From an uncultured Kordia sp. (lineage in GTDB: Bacteria > Bacteroidota > Bacteroidia > Flavobacteriales > Flavobacteriaceae): a stretch of 52,545 nucleotides of DNA. Location: assembly GCA_964535135.1 (NCBI GenBank), contig CAZHSA010000001.1, forward strand, positions 1-52,545. The letters are read 5' to 3'. The position numbers were made by a program, and so were the translations under genes. This document shows positions 19,401-28,398 of the stretch, one piece after another. Positions within the stretch are counted from its first letter, which is position 1; every line of letters starts with the position of its first letter. The notes under the pieces are model-generated. The model made no database searches, was not told the DNA's origin, and saw only the letters and a list, made by a program, of their open reading frames with translations.

Positions 19401-21276
19401 ATGCTTGCCAAACTTGCTGAATTTCTTTTTGATTGATTTTCGTTTGTTGTAGTAAACTAAAATGCTTGTTTAAATCGTCTTCATTAAATAATACATAACA
19501 TTTTGCTTGAATCTTTTCGTCTCTTCCGGCCCGACCAGCTTCTTGTACATAGTTTTCTAAAGAATCTGAAATATTGTAGTGAATTACCGATTTTACATCG
19601 TCCTTGTCAACACCCATTCCAAAAGCAGAAGTTGCTATAATGATTTCTTTTTCATCATTCATAAAAGCATCCATTTGAAGCTTTTTTACATCTTTGTTGA
19701 GTTTTCCATGAAAATAAGTGACTTCGAATCCTTTTTCTTTTATCTTCTCATAAATTTCTTCTACTCTTTTCGTACGCGAAGCATAGACGATAGCTGGTTT
19801 TTCACAATCTTCTATCAGTGAAAGTAATTTGCTCATTTTCCTTTCAGGATCTTGTATATCAATCACTTCATATTTTAAATTGACACGATTGGCTCTAGTG
19901 ACAAATTCTTTGAGTTGAATGTGTAGCTTTGATTCAAAATATTCCTTAATGTCTTCAATTACTTGTGGTTTTGCCGTTGCCGTAAAGCAAGAAACAGGAA
20001 TATTTCCTGAAACTTCTTTGGATTGTAGTTCTTTAATAAACTCACCGATGTATAAATAATCAACTCTAAAATCCTGTCCCCATGAAGAAAAACAGTGTGC
20101 TTCATCAATGACAAATCGTGCAATAGATCGTTGCTGTAAAATACGTAGAATGGTAGGTGAACGTAAAGATTCTGGTGAAATGTATACTAATTTTGCATCG
20201 CCATTTTCTACGCGCTCAATAGCGTCTTGCCGTTCCAAAGGTGATAGTAATCCATTTATGGCAACTGCTTTTGTAATACCAAATTTCTTTTCCAAGTTAT
20301 CTACTTGATCTTTCATTAAGGAAACCAATGGAGAAATAACTACCGTTAGTTGCCGTGCCAACGCGCCTTTCATCAATGCTGGTAACTGAAACGTGAGTGA
20401 TTTTCCTCCGCCTGTTGGAAATACTGCTACAAACGAATCCGTTTTTAATCCTGCTCGTACGGTTTGTTCTTGCAGACTCATAACCTCATCAGCATCAAAG
20501 CTTCTAAAATTGTCATAGCCAAAATAGGTTTGCAATGCGTTCCGCGGATGTAACTTGGAGTTGCAATACTGACAAGTTTCAGTTCCGCAATATTGAAAAC
20601 GAATTTTGTCTAAAATTTCCTGGGTTTTCGGGTATGTTTGACGAACCCAATTTGGTAATATTGAATTTTCATTCGCGGTAATTAACGCAATGACGTACGC
20701 CAATTCAATCGGATTTTCTTTGATGATGCTTTCAATATCAGATTGATCGCAGATACTGTTTTTTAAATAGTGAACTATTGAATTGTTTGAAACTATTGTA
20801 GGTTGAAAATTTATTAATTGTAAAAACCCTTTGTAGGATGCTGATTTGGAAAGTAAACTAGCGTACAATTGCTTCAATTCTTCAGGTAGTAATTTAAAAG
20901 CATTTTGTTCTTCGTTTAATAATTCTTCCGTAAGAATACAATCAGAAAGCGGATTATTGTAATCGCTATCATTAACAATTTTATACCCTTTGACGAGTTT
21001 GTGATATGGATTTTCATTAAATAGTATAGGTGACCATACTAAAGTATCCACCAATTTTTTATGCTGAAATATATCACTTCCAAGTATTTTTGCCAATAAC
21101 GGAATGTCATGTGCTATGATATTGTGCCCACAGATATACTCTGAAGCAATAATAAAAGGTTTTAAATCTTCTACTTTATGAGTGTGTAATTTTCGATCAC
21201 CTAACAACGCACCAACATCTTTGATCTTGCCTTGTTGTGTAGTTTCAATATCTATGTACAATAGTTTCGTATTCAT
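16438..21276 (-). CDS. RecQ-family helicase fused to an N-terminal DEDD-like nuclease domain and a C-terminal UvrD/Rep helicase
   Basis: N-terminal YIDIET/GHNI..HD; RecQ motifs PTGGGKS, DEAH, TATA, QEAGRAGRD; UvrD motifs AGPGSGKT, DEFQD, GDDDQNIY.FRG, NYRS, TIHKAKGKEF, LYVGCSRAK. Confidence 0.88.
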   Translation of the reverse strand: MNTKLLYIDIETTQQGKIKDVGALLGDRKLHTHKVEDLKPFIIASEYICGHNIIAHDIPLLAKILGSDIFQHKKLVDTLVWSPILFNENPYHKLVKGYKIVNDSDYNNPLSDCILTEELLNEEQNAFKLLPEELKQLYASLLSKSASYKGFLQLINFQPTIVSNNSIVHYLKNSICDQSDIESIIKENPIELAYVIALITANENSILPNWVRQTYPKTQEILDKIRFQYCGTETCQYCNSKLHPRNALQTYFGYDNFRSFDADEVMSLQEQTVRAGLKTDSFVAVFPTGGGKSLTFQLPALMKGALARQLTVVISPLVSLMKDQVDNLEKKFGITKAVAINGLLSPLERQDAIERVENGDAKLVYISPESLRSPTILRILQQRSIARFVIDEAHCFSSWGQDFRVDYLYIGEFIKELQSKEVSGNIPVSCFTATAKPQVIEDIKEYFESKLHIQLKEFVTRANRVNLKYEVIDIQDPERKMSKLLSLIEDCEKPAIVYASRTKRVEEIYEKIKEKGFEVTYFHGKLNKDVKKLQMDAFMNDEKEIIIATSAFGMGVDKDDVKSVIHYNISDSLENYVQEAGRAGRDEKIQAKCYVLFNEDDLNKHFSLLQQTKINQKEIQQVWQALKNLAKYRTNKNISNSALEIAQKAGWDTEIKDLETKVKTSIAALEDEGFLQRKQNSPRVYANSLLFSQLGKARKVINDSRITENEKEKCARVLQYVYKHDECRVDYLADLTGLRIKEVQNIITTLRELKILGDARDLTAFISLLKSKNGSENILQRYIILEKALLQFLKKDIKISMRELNQNMINANVKKTAVSDIKNILNYWEIRNFIKKNRIHRETETYSIAIKNYEAIVKDIEWRHDLAPDILDKLKVLYIKQQKAETTKNKNDLSVGFSMLELRESKTTQNEETLDAFTQVKNYELRQYERTLLFLNQIKSIQLEGGFMVFYNRLNVKDIDDSIRMFTKKNYEKMEMHYLHKTQQIHIVGEYAKRRLQNYESALSFVNEYFGLPYEEFLAKHFPRRKNEISRCLSPKRFKQILKELDTDQAKIVNDGKSKNILVLAGPGSGKTRVLVHKIASLLLLEDIKPEQFLMLTFSKAASLEFKDRATKLVPEYARFIKITTFHGFCFQLLGQLGDLEKSQNIIKDCVEAIKNDDIDITYIQNKSVLLLDEFQDVNADEWELIQIIIKKAENIRVIAVGDDDQNIYEFRGSSNKHMLDFLKTQKAIPYTLIKNYRSSSEIVTFNNELLTRIPNRLKTKTLLATKEDVNSNVQLIRYTSNYLEQSLVNRLISDDYAGTRAVLVRTNKQALMVQTYLKSAGQKTRLITGLDGFRLSDLHEIRTFTNDVKSKKNEAGFILDVVWQEAKIAFANIHQHSIHLETCLAVISRFEKSYPKHKLLVDWYDYIREINMQDAINADSNVIYIATIHKAKGKEFDHVYLLLEDYKFNTAEAKRVLYVGCSRAKRSLQLHCNSNFFDEFESNTLETIPFKGTTQQPASFEVVLNHKEVNLGSQKFRSIPYRISQLVSGEKLQKDIVQFKTNEALGLANSNADNILLFSQKFLEEKHTTFTNDTYHLVNGSVEYLVYWYDKIEEKEYKIVLPRLRYKKTNN

Positions 21277-21461
21277 ATAGTATGTTCAACACATAACTTT
21301 AAAAGCTTATGCTGTAAACTATCCTGTCTGGGCTTGACATAGGGGAATTGATAGTATTTACGTTAAGACTTAATTATTCTACGTATGGTAAGCCAATTTA
21401 CTAAAAAGAAGTGAATCTCCTATTTTATAGAGAGAATTTTCTATCGAAAAAAAGTTTGACA

Positions 21462-22007
21462 CTAACTTTCTTCCACCATCGGCTGATAGCGCTTTATCAG
21501 CAATTGATGCAGCGGAAATGTTTGGTATTGCGATTTGGTGAGCAAGTACTGTCGATAGGTTTCATCTTGCTGCTGGAAAGTAGCACCAATTTTTAGTGCA
21601 GTTTCTATGGAATTGGAGTTTTCTGGAATGATTTTAATGTGAATTTCTTCTAACTGCAACTGTTGAAATCCATAATGTAAAATCGCGGTGAGTAATTTTC
21701 CTGTGAGTTGCGTTTTGCGTGCATTGCTAATATTTTCTACCATAACACCTAATTCGGCTGTGTGTTCGGTAATGTTTTTAAGCAACACAACACCATTTGC
21801 TTGATTGGAAGCTTCGTAGACAAATAACTGTGTTTCTTCACTGTGAAGTAAATGTGCTTGTGTCCATTGTACATGACTTTCATAGGAAACTGGTGTGGAG
21901 TTTCGCATGCCTTGGCGGACTTCTGGCGTATTGATCAACTCGAATAAGAGCTTGGTGTGAACTGCCGTAAATCGCTCTAATATTATATTTCCTACGTGAA
22001 TTTTCAT
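21462..22007 (-). CDS. GNAT N-acetyltransferase, PseH/RimJ-like
   Basis: N.PEVR..M.....(V/I)S.E.H..W segment as in PseH; N..SI....K.G motif; start at ATG 22007 overlapping the upstream TGA (ATGA). Confidence 0.75.
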   Translation of the reverse strand: MKIHVGNIILERFTAVHTKLLFELINTPEVRQGMRNSTPVSYESHVQWTQAHLLHSEETQLFVYEASNQANGVVLLKNITEHTAELGVMVENISNARKTQLTGKLLTAILHYGFQQLQLEEIHIKIIPENSNSIETALKIGATFQQQDETYRQYLLTKSQYQTFPLHQLLIKRYQPMVEES

Positions 22008-23101
22008 AAATAGTGTTGTACGATTTGACAAGCTTCTTTTAGTTTGGAAAGATCTACTTGAAAATTGGGAAAGAATCGAATGTAGTGACTGTAAAAACTC
22101 AACACAATTTGATGTTCCAATAAGCCTTTTACCGCCGCTAAGGTGTTTTCTTGTGTTTTTAGATTGATATTCCATAATGCACCTTTTCCCGCTAAAGAAT
22201 CCATTGGAAGATTGTTTGTGACACAAGCTTCAATTTTTTGAATGTGTGTTTCTATGTGAAGCGTTTCGTAAGCTTGTAAAGTTGCCACGACAGTAGCACA
22301 AGTCATTGGATGATTGAAAAAAGTTCCGCCGCCACGAAAAGTATTTGGCGGATTAAAATCATTTTTTTGTAAGATAACAGCCGTTGGAAAACCACTTCCC
22401 ATGGCTTTCCCTGCAACTACAATGTCAGGTTGAATTCCGTAGGTTTTGAAGAAAAATGAACGTCCCGTTCGGTGAAAACCGATGAGAATTTCATCATAGA
22501 TTTGAACAACGCCAAATTGTATTGCCAAGTTTTGTAATTCTTTGTAAAAAGAGGCAGACGCTTGATATCCACCACCGCTCATTTGAATAGGTTCTATGAT
22601 GATGGCCGAAATTTCGCCCGTTTGCATGTGTTTTCGACAATTTTCTAGAATTGAAGCTTCGTCAAGTTCGCCTACAAATGGAGTTTTTATAATTTGATCG
22701 TCGTCCTTAAGAAATGAAGCAAAGCCTAATTTGTTGGCAAATAGTGTTTTTCCATGCATACTATTTGCAAAACTGATCACTTTGGAACGTCCGTTGAATG
22801 CCATTGCCATCTTGATTGCAATTTCTACAGCATTTGCGCCAGACGGATACAAACCGTGCACTTTATAATTGGGCACATACGCTTCTACAGTTTGTTTTGC
22901 TTTTGTGTGAATCGTGGCATTGATAAATCCTGGAGATGTGTAGGTTTCCAATTGTGCTTTTTGCGCCGCTACAATAGGTTCGTAATTGTGTCCTAAACTT
23001 ACCGAACCATATCCCATGCACAAGTCAAAGAATTTCTTCCCAGAAGTATCAATGAGATAATCGCCTTTTGCAGCTTCAATATTGAGTGGTATATCAATCA
23101 T
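22004..23101 (-). CDS. Class III PLP aminotransferase (ArgD/GabT fold)
   Basis: D...GYG...LGH, SGANAVE.A.K, HGKT, EPIQ..GG, DEI..GF.RTG, PDI...GK (PLP Lys) and GGTF motifs. Confidence 0.9.
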   Translation of the reverse strand: MIDIPLNIEAAKGDYLIDTSGKKFFDLCMGYGSVSLGHNYEPIVAAQKAQLETYTSPGFINATIHTKAKQTVEAYVPNYKVHGLYPSGANAVEIAIKMAMAFNGRSKVISFANSMHGKTLFANKLGFASFLKDDDQIIKTPFVGELDEASILENCRKHMQTGEISAIIIEPIQMSGGGYQASASFYKELQNLAIQFGVVQIYDEILIGFHRTGRSFFFKTYGIQPDIVVAGKAMGSGFPTAVILQKNDFNPPNTFRGGGTFFNHPMTCATVVATLQAYETLHIETHIQKIEACVTNNLPMDSLAGKGALWNINLKTQENTLAAVKGLLEHQIVLSFYSHYIRFFPNFQVDLSKLKEACQIVQHYL

Positions 23102-24185
23102 TCAAAAGTTGTTTTATGATCGTTTCTGGAGATGGCAATTGTTGGTATTCTTTTAAGATTTTTTGACGATTTTCTCGCGAATAGTTCGCTTGCAGCAACG
23201 CGGTCAGATTGTTTTCTACAGTAGTGAAAAAATTAATAAACTCGGGCGTTCCATTGCGATAAATTCCTTCGGACATGTGCTTGAATAAGTCTTCGCTCAA
23301 ATCAGCAATATGTCCTTTTTCAAAACATAAAAAAGGCACGTCGTAATAGTAACACATTAGTATTGAATTGGAGAATACATTCCAATAAAATACGACATCT
23401 GAAATGCTTATTAAGCTTTCAAAGTTGCTCAACGTGGTAAAGTTAAGAATGTGCACATTCTCAATTGGTGGCAAGAAATTACGCAGAATCATCACTAGTT
23501 TTAATGGAAATACACAGCGAATCACATTCTTAGGATTTTCACTGATTTCTTTCAATCTGGCAGCAAGTGTTGTTATAAATTCTTTTTCGTGTCGTCCTAG
23601 TAATAGATTGAAATCCAATTCGCCCAATACAAACAACCAATTGTCTTTGTCTACAATTTCCGCGTCTTCAATTTTTTGGGTTTTGCAGTATTTTGAGTTG
23701 TAAAAAGAATGCGCATTTTGAAATTCGTTTTTACACGAAAACCCATAAATATGTGGCACTTGGCGTAAATAATCATTTAAAAAAGACATTTCTGCCTTGA
23801 GCGCATGCATTTGTTGTCCGTTGATTTTAAACGAGCACTCTGGATAACTGTCATACACGCGTGCAAACGGATCGCTGGTTACAATAGGACAGTTTAATTG
23901 TTGTAGATAGGTGAAAAATGCTTTGAAAGATTCCATCGTTCCTAAACTACCATTGACAAATAAATACGCGGTATTTAAGAAGATGATGTTTGGCTTTTCT
24001 CGATTGATGATTCTTTCTAGTTGTGCTACATCCGTATATGTGTACAAAATATTAACGAGTTCGTCAAAATAGATGGCTTTTTCCTCTGGAATGACAAATA
24101 CTTTTTCAAATTCTTGATTTCGGGCCAGAAAGGTTGCTAAACTTAATTCTCCAAAATCATGTGTGGTGATAAACATTGTTTTCAT
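23094..24185 (-). CDS. Hypothetical protein, probable GT-B-like fold; paralog of 24182..25258
   Basis: Shares DFGEL, AYL, TSDPF, W.FVL...DF.LL, YWNVFS.S and GH motifs with the adjacent gene; alternating beta/alpha pattern. Confidence 0.7.
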   Translation of the reverse strand: MKTMFITTHDFGELSLATFLARNQEFEKVFVIPEEKAIYFDELVNILYTYTDVAQLERIINREKPNIIFLNTAYLFVNGSLGTMESFKAFFTYLQQLNCPIVTSDPFARVYDSYPECSFKINGQQMHALKAEMSFLNDYLRQVPHIYGFSCKNEFQNAHSFYNSKYCKTQKIEDAEIVDKDNWLFVLGELDFNLLLGRHEKEFITTLAARLKEISENPKNVIRCVFPLKLVMILRNFLPPIENVHILNFTTLSNFESLISISDVVFYWNVFSNSILMCYYYDVPFLCFEKGHIADLSEDLFKHMSEGIYRNGTPEFINFFTTVENNLTALLQANYSRENRQKILKEYQQLPSPETIIKQLLND

Positions 24186-25258
24186 GAAGAACTTTTTTGA
24201 GAGGTAATGATTTCAGTTGGTGCTGCGAGTTCAAAGTATGACTGATAGAAAGGATGATTTTCGGAATGCTCCGCAGCTTTTAATTCAGTCATCACTGTGG
24301 AAATAAAGTCTTCATTGAGTGAGATAATTTTTGGATCTTGATTGGGAAACCAAGAAGTTTTGATGTAGTTATAGAATCCTAAAAAGATGGTTTCCATGTG
24401 TCCTTGTCCTAGGAAAACTGTTGGTTTGTTGTATAATCGACATAATAACGTAGACGCCGAAAACACATTCCAATACATTACTACTGTGGATTTTATGATG
24501 ATTTCTTCAAACGAAACCAAATTGCAATAGTCTACAAAAGTGATGTTTTCCAGACCTTGCAGCATGGGTTTTATCAATTTCATCAATTCTTTCGGGAAGA
24601 TGAGATTTACCTGATTTGTCGATTCCGCAGCTAATGCTTTTAAAATTGGCACAATCACTAAGTGAAATTTAGATTCGTAACCTGTTTGTAGTAACGCAAA
24701 ATCTTGATATGCTAAGACAAACGTCCATTCCATTGTATCGTCTATTTTGACTGGTATTGGGCGTTTGTGCGGATTTGAATATGATTGATGCGGCGCGCCT
24801 TCAAATTGGACAGGAACTCCATATAGATGACGATAGTTGGCAACACGTTCGCTGATTTCTTTTAATGTGTTTTTGACATTCGTCCGAAAGTCTACAGTAT
24901 TGTGCTCATACGGCAATTCATCATAAAAACGCATGAACGGATCGCTTGTCGCAACAGAAATTTGTTTTTCATCCAAATAATCGAGCAATTGATAAAATTC
25001 TGAAAAGGAAAGTAACTGATTTGGCGCTAGTAAATAGGCGCTGAAAAGCAATACTTGTGTCGGTTGAACTTCCTCAATATAGGTATAAATATCGTCGGAG
25101 TTTTTAAATAGATATGTTGTCGCGTTCGAAAATGATACATGCTCGTACAAGCGTTCTGGCAATACTAAATGTACGTGAAATGGCTGTTTGTAAATTAGCA
25201 AGCGTAGTAACACCAATTCGCCAAAATCATCCGAAAATATAAACAATGTTTTATTCAT
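24182..25258 (-). CDS. Hypothetical protein, probable GT-B-like fold; paralog of 23094..24185
   Basis: Same motif set as its neighbour; 4-bp ATGA overlap with it. Confidence 0.7.
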   Translation of the reverse strand: MNKTLFIFSDDFGELVLLRLLIYKQPFHVHLVLPERLYEHVSFSNATTYLFKNSDDIYTYIEEVQPTQVLLFSAYLLAPNQLLSFSEFYQLLDYLDEKQISVATSDPFMRFYDELPYEHNTVDFRTNVKNTLKEISERVANYRHLYGVPVQFEGAPHQSYSNPHKRPIPVKIDDTMEWTFVLAYQDFALLQTGYESKFHLVIVPILKALAAESTNQVNLIFPKELMKLIKPMLQGLENITFVDYCNLVSFEEIIIKSTVVMYWNVFSASTLLCRLYNKPTVFLGQGHMETIFLGFYNYIKTSWFPNQDPKIISLNEDFISTVMTELKAAEHSENHPFYQSYFELAAPTEIITSQKSSS

Positions 25259-25269
25259 TATATTTTTGA

Positions 25270-25854
25270 TTACATGTGTAAATCTATCATTCGTTTTTTC
25301 AATGATCTGATTTGGTGCGTGTCAAGCAACGTTTCGCCTACTTTGATAAAATCTAACACCAATACAATTCTATCTTCTTCTGTGTTGTTCCATACTTCAT
25401 GTTCTATGGAATCGTTGAACATCAAAAATTTTCCTGGTGTCCATGAGCGCGTTTCTTCGCCCACACGAATTGCACAGTCTTTTTTGTTTTTTGGTATTTT
25501 GAGTCCTAAATGTGCTCTGTGTAAGTTTCCATTGTTATATAATAATTCTTCTCCGTCTTTAATCCATTCTTTATGCGGATGAATGTTTGAGAATTTGGAT
25601 AGCTTTGAAACCGCCGCAAACGTAATGTTTGGCACTTGTCGTAATAGCTTGAAGGTAACTGGACATTCAGCTTCGTACGCTTCGTTGAATTGATCGAGCA
25701 TGACGAATAACATCAATTTCCAACCGCCATCTTTGCTGTGTTCGTAATCGGAATATTCTTTTTTTCCTAATTCTTGAATTTCCGACCACATGGCTTCCCA
25801 GTGTTTTTCAATTTCTAATAGAAATGGAAATTTATCATTTACTTCGTAAAACAT
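25270..25854 (-). CDS. Aspartyl/asparaginyl beta-hydroxylase family Fe(II)/2OG dioxygenase
   Basis: CP.T..LL, I.PH, R.HLGL.IP, DS.EHEVWN and R.VL..D motifs. Confidence 0.88.
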   Translation of the reverse strand: MFYEVNDKFPFLLEIEKHWEAMWSEIQELGKKEYSDYEHSKDGGWKLMLFVMLDQFNEAYEAECPVTFKLLRQVPNITFAAVSKLSKFSNIHPHKEWIKDGEELLYNNGNLHRAHLGLKIPKNKKDCAIRVGEETRSWTPGKFLMFNDSIEHEVWNNTEEDRIVLVLDFIKVGETLLDTHQIRSLKKRMIDLHM

Positions 25855-25883
25855 ACTGTGGTGTGTTTTAATTTTTGTGTTGC

Positions 25884-27053
25884 TTATTGAATTGCTATTG
25901 TTTTTTTGGACATTTTTTGTTGTAATTGTCCCATAATTGTTGCCGCAGCAATCGTTGCTCCTTCTTTTTTAGAGAGTTGTTCCGACATTTTTTTTAGATT
26001 CTTTTTTACAGTTTTATTTTTTAGGAGTGAATCTATACTTTTAATAAATTCTTCAGGATCAATATCTTCATAATGTTGATTGAACAAAATTCCTAATTGC
26101 AATTTTTCTATTTGGCGACCAATTTCTAACTGTTCCAAGTTATTAGGAATGATTAGCATTGGTTTTTGCTGCTTGATGCATTCCATAACCGTTCCATGTC
26201 CGCCATGACAAATGACCAATGCACTTTGTTTGAGATATGATGCTAAGTGTATCATTTTTGCATCTTTTCCGTATGCTGCATTCGAAACCGTATAGAATGG
26301 TGCTACTGTTTTTACACACCAAGGCGTGAGCTGTTCTGTACAACCTGTGCTTCCAAAAAAGAGAAATATATCACTTTTTTCAATGTTTGTTGCGAATGAT
26401 TCCCACGCGTTCCACGTAAAGGTTCCACAAGCCTGCCACTGATTTCCTTCGTATTCATTCGTTGTCGTTTCACGCGTATTTTCAAAATTAGAAATGCCAG
26501 GCATCAATATGTTTGATTCAGTAAACGGATACGGATTTTTGCCATAAATACGACGATACATACTCGGATATCCAATGTTGTGTGTAATGTAAAACGTTGG
26601 AATTTCTTTGACAGCCGGAATTAATAAAGGCGCAAAATGATAATCTAACACGATGGCATCTGGACGAATTTCTTCTATTATTTCAGTATCGCGCTGTATT
26701 ATTTTTTTAAGCTGTTGTCCGCGCTTTACAATTTCTGTTTTTTCCAAGCGTGTTGAGTTTTCAAATACCGTTTTTTCATCTATAATCTCATCTACCGAAC
26801 GATGAATTTGACCATATTTTTTAGTTGCTTCCGTAAACATTTCTATGGAAGAAACAATCTGAACACGATCATCAATTAGGTGAAATATAGCTGAATAATC
26901 ATCCGACAATGCTACAAATACATGACAGTTTTCATTACATAACTCTTCCGCCAAAGCCAATGTTCTCGACACATGACCGAGCACATTGGCTAAAGGGAAA
27001 AGCAGTATTTTGAATTGTTGTTTTTGAGTTTTCGTTACGTCTGAAAGGCGCAT
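25884..27053 (-). CDS. GT-B glycosyltransferase, GT1/GT28-like
   Basis: N-terminal GHVSR.LALAEEL; C-terminal ICHGGHGTVME.....P..IIP...EQ UDP-sugar signature. Confidence 0.88.
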   Translation of the reverse strand: MRLSDVTKTQKQQFKILLFPLANVLGHVSRTLALAEELCNENCHVFVALSDDYSAIFHLIDDRVQIVSSIEMFTEATKKYGQIHRSVDEIIDEKTVFENSTRLEKTEIVKRGQQLKKIIQRDTEIIEEIRPDAIVLDYHFAPLLIPAVKEIPTFYITHNIGYPSMYRRIYGKNPYPFTESNILMPGISNFENTRETTTNEYEGNQWQACGTFTWNAWESFATNIEKSDIFLFFGSTGCTEQLTPWCVKTVAPFYTVSNAAYGKDAKMIHLASYLKQSALVICHGGHGTVMECIKQQKPMLIIPNNLEQLEIGRQIEKLQLGILFNQHYEDIDPEEFIKSIDSLLKNKTVKKNLKKMSEQLSKKEGATIAAATIMGQLQQKMSKKTIAIQ

Positions 27054-27076
27054 ATAAAAAATTACATTTTTTTATG

Positions 27077-28120
27077 TTAACCGTTGAGCTGTGTATTGAA
27101 ATCTTTTTGGTTTTCGCCAGGTGAACAACTTAATGTGAATAGTTTGAATAACGCTTCAAGCTGCGATATTAAACCACTGATTTGTGCTATTAAGCTTGAG
27201 AAATCTGGAATTGATGGCAAATTGATATTGATGTGTAACAAATCGCTCAAACCAGGGATTTCTGGTAATTTTATATGTAGTGCCGATAATAATTTGTCTA
27301 CCAGCTCTTGAATTGGTTTCATTGCTAAATTTGCAAATTCACCCAATGTGTGGAATATATCATATAAACTCACCATGTGCGGATATGGAATTGGAATTTC
27401 AATCTTGATACTTGTAAGATCGTGTTTCAATTCTTTTAATATTGATAGTACAGGATTCAATACACTGAATACTTCTTCGATGCCTTGCATGATACTTTCT
27501 AACGGATTCAATGCTTGTATGATAGCATTCATTTCGTTGTACAACGCATCAATTGCAGAATTCATTCCTTCCATTGCCTTATTAAGATCGGCAACTTCAG
27601 GTGTCGCTTTTGTAGAAAATTGATTCAAATAGTTTTGAGATGCTTCTTTAGGCTTACCATCTGGCAAGTTTTCAATACAATTATTGATTTGCACAAAATG
27701 CTTCAAAAATGCATTAGAACTCGCATTGATTTCGTTTGCTGCAGCAATTCCTTTTACGAGAATTGGATCTAGTTTTTGCAACTGAGCGCGAAGTGGTTTT
27801 GCTTTGGCTGCAATACGATCTGCTGCGGCTTTTGGTTCTTTTATTGCTTCCATCATTTCTGTTACAGAAACTTTGAAACCTTCTGCGGCTTCTCCGACTT
27901 CTGGAATCACGGAAACGATAGAGAGTACACTATTGGCAAGACTTAGCGCTGTATTTAAACGGTCTAAATCTTGTGCTATTTCCTCAGGATACCCTAATAA
28001 TTTGATGAGCTCATCATTGGTCCTTTTTAGCCGAGCAAAATTAGCACTCAATTGAGCCGCATCTGTTGGTGTTTGCGTCAGCGTTTTGATAAAGTTGTTA
28101 GTTGGAGTCATGTCTACCAT
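27077..28120 (-). CDS. Hypothetical all-alpha amphipathic protein
   Basis: 347-aa ORF heading the operon (23 bp gap to the GT); long heptad-like helices, hydrophobic patch LSLANSVLSIVSVIP, Pro-rich C-terminal part, no signal peptide. Confidence 0.75.
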   Translation of the reverse strand: MVDMTPTNNFIKTLTQTPTDAAQLSANFARLKRTNDELIKLLGYPEEIAQDLDRLNTALSLANSVLSIVSVIPEVGEAAEGFKVSVTEMMEAIKEPKAAADRIAAKAKPLRAQLQKLDPILVKGIAAANEINASSNAFLKHFVQINNCIENLPDGKPKEASQNYLNQFSTKATPEVADLNKAMEGMNSAIDALYNEMNAIIQALNPLESIMQGIEEVFSVLNPVLSILKELKHDLTSIKIEIPIPYPHMVSLYDIFHTLGEFANLAMKPIQELVDKLLSALHIKLPEIPGLSDLLHININLPSIPDFSSLIAQISGLISQLEALFKLFTLSCSPGENQKDFNTQLNG

Positions 28121-28177
28121 GTCAATAATATAATTGGTTAGTTAATAAATCATTTCTAGTAATACTATGGTTTGTAA

Positions 28178-28185
28178 CAAATATA
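28178..28185 (-). promoter_or_regulatory. Bacteroidota sigma70 -7 element (TATATTTG) for the 28120-21462 operon
   Basis: Exact TAnnTTTG match about 58 bp upstream of the first ATG. Confidence 0.55.
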
Positions 28186-28398
28186 AAGGGTTTGCCTATG
28201 CTTTTTTTACGTACTTCTACCTGTTTATGAGGAAATTTACTGTGTATGAAGTATATATGAATGACTTTTCACGTAGAAAGATAAGTAAAAATCTCATGAA
28301 CTCCTTTTTTTGAAATGGTTTTTTTATCAAAGTAAGCATTTCAAAAAATAATTAGTTCGCTCGTTTTATTTTAAGAAATTGAGTATACATTTTGCTTC

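Noticed and set aside
22008-22226. N-terminal extension of the GNAT ORF
   Set aside because: Overlaps the aminotransferase by over 200 bp; ATGA coupling at 22004-22007 gives a better start
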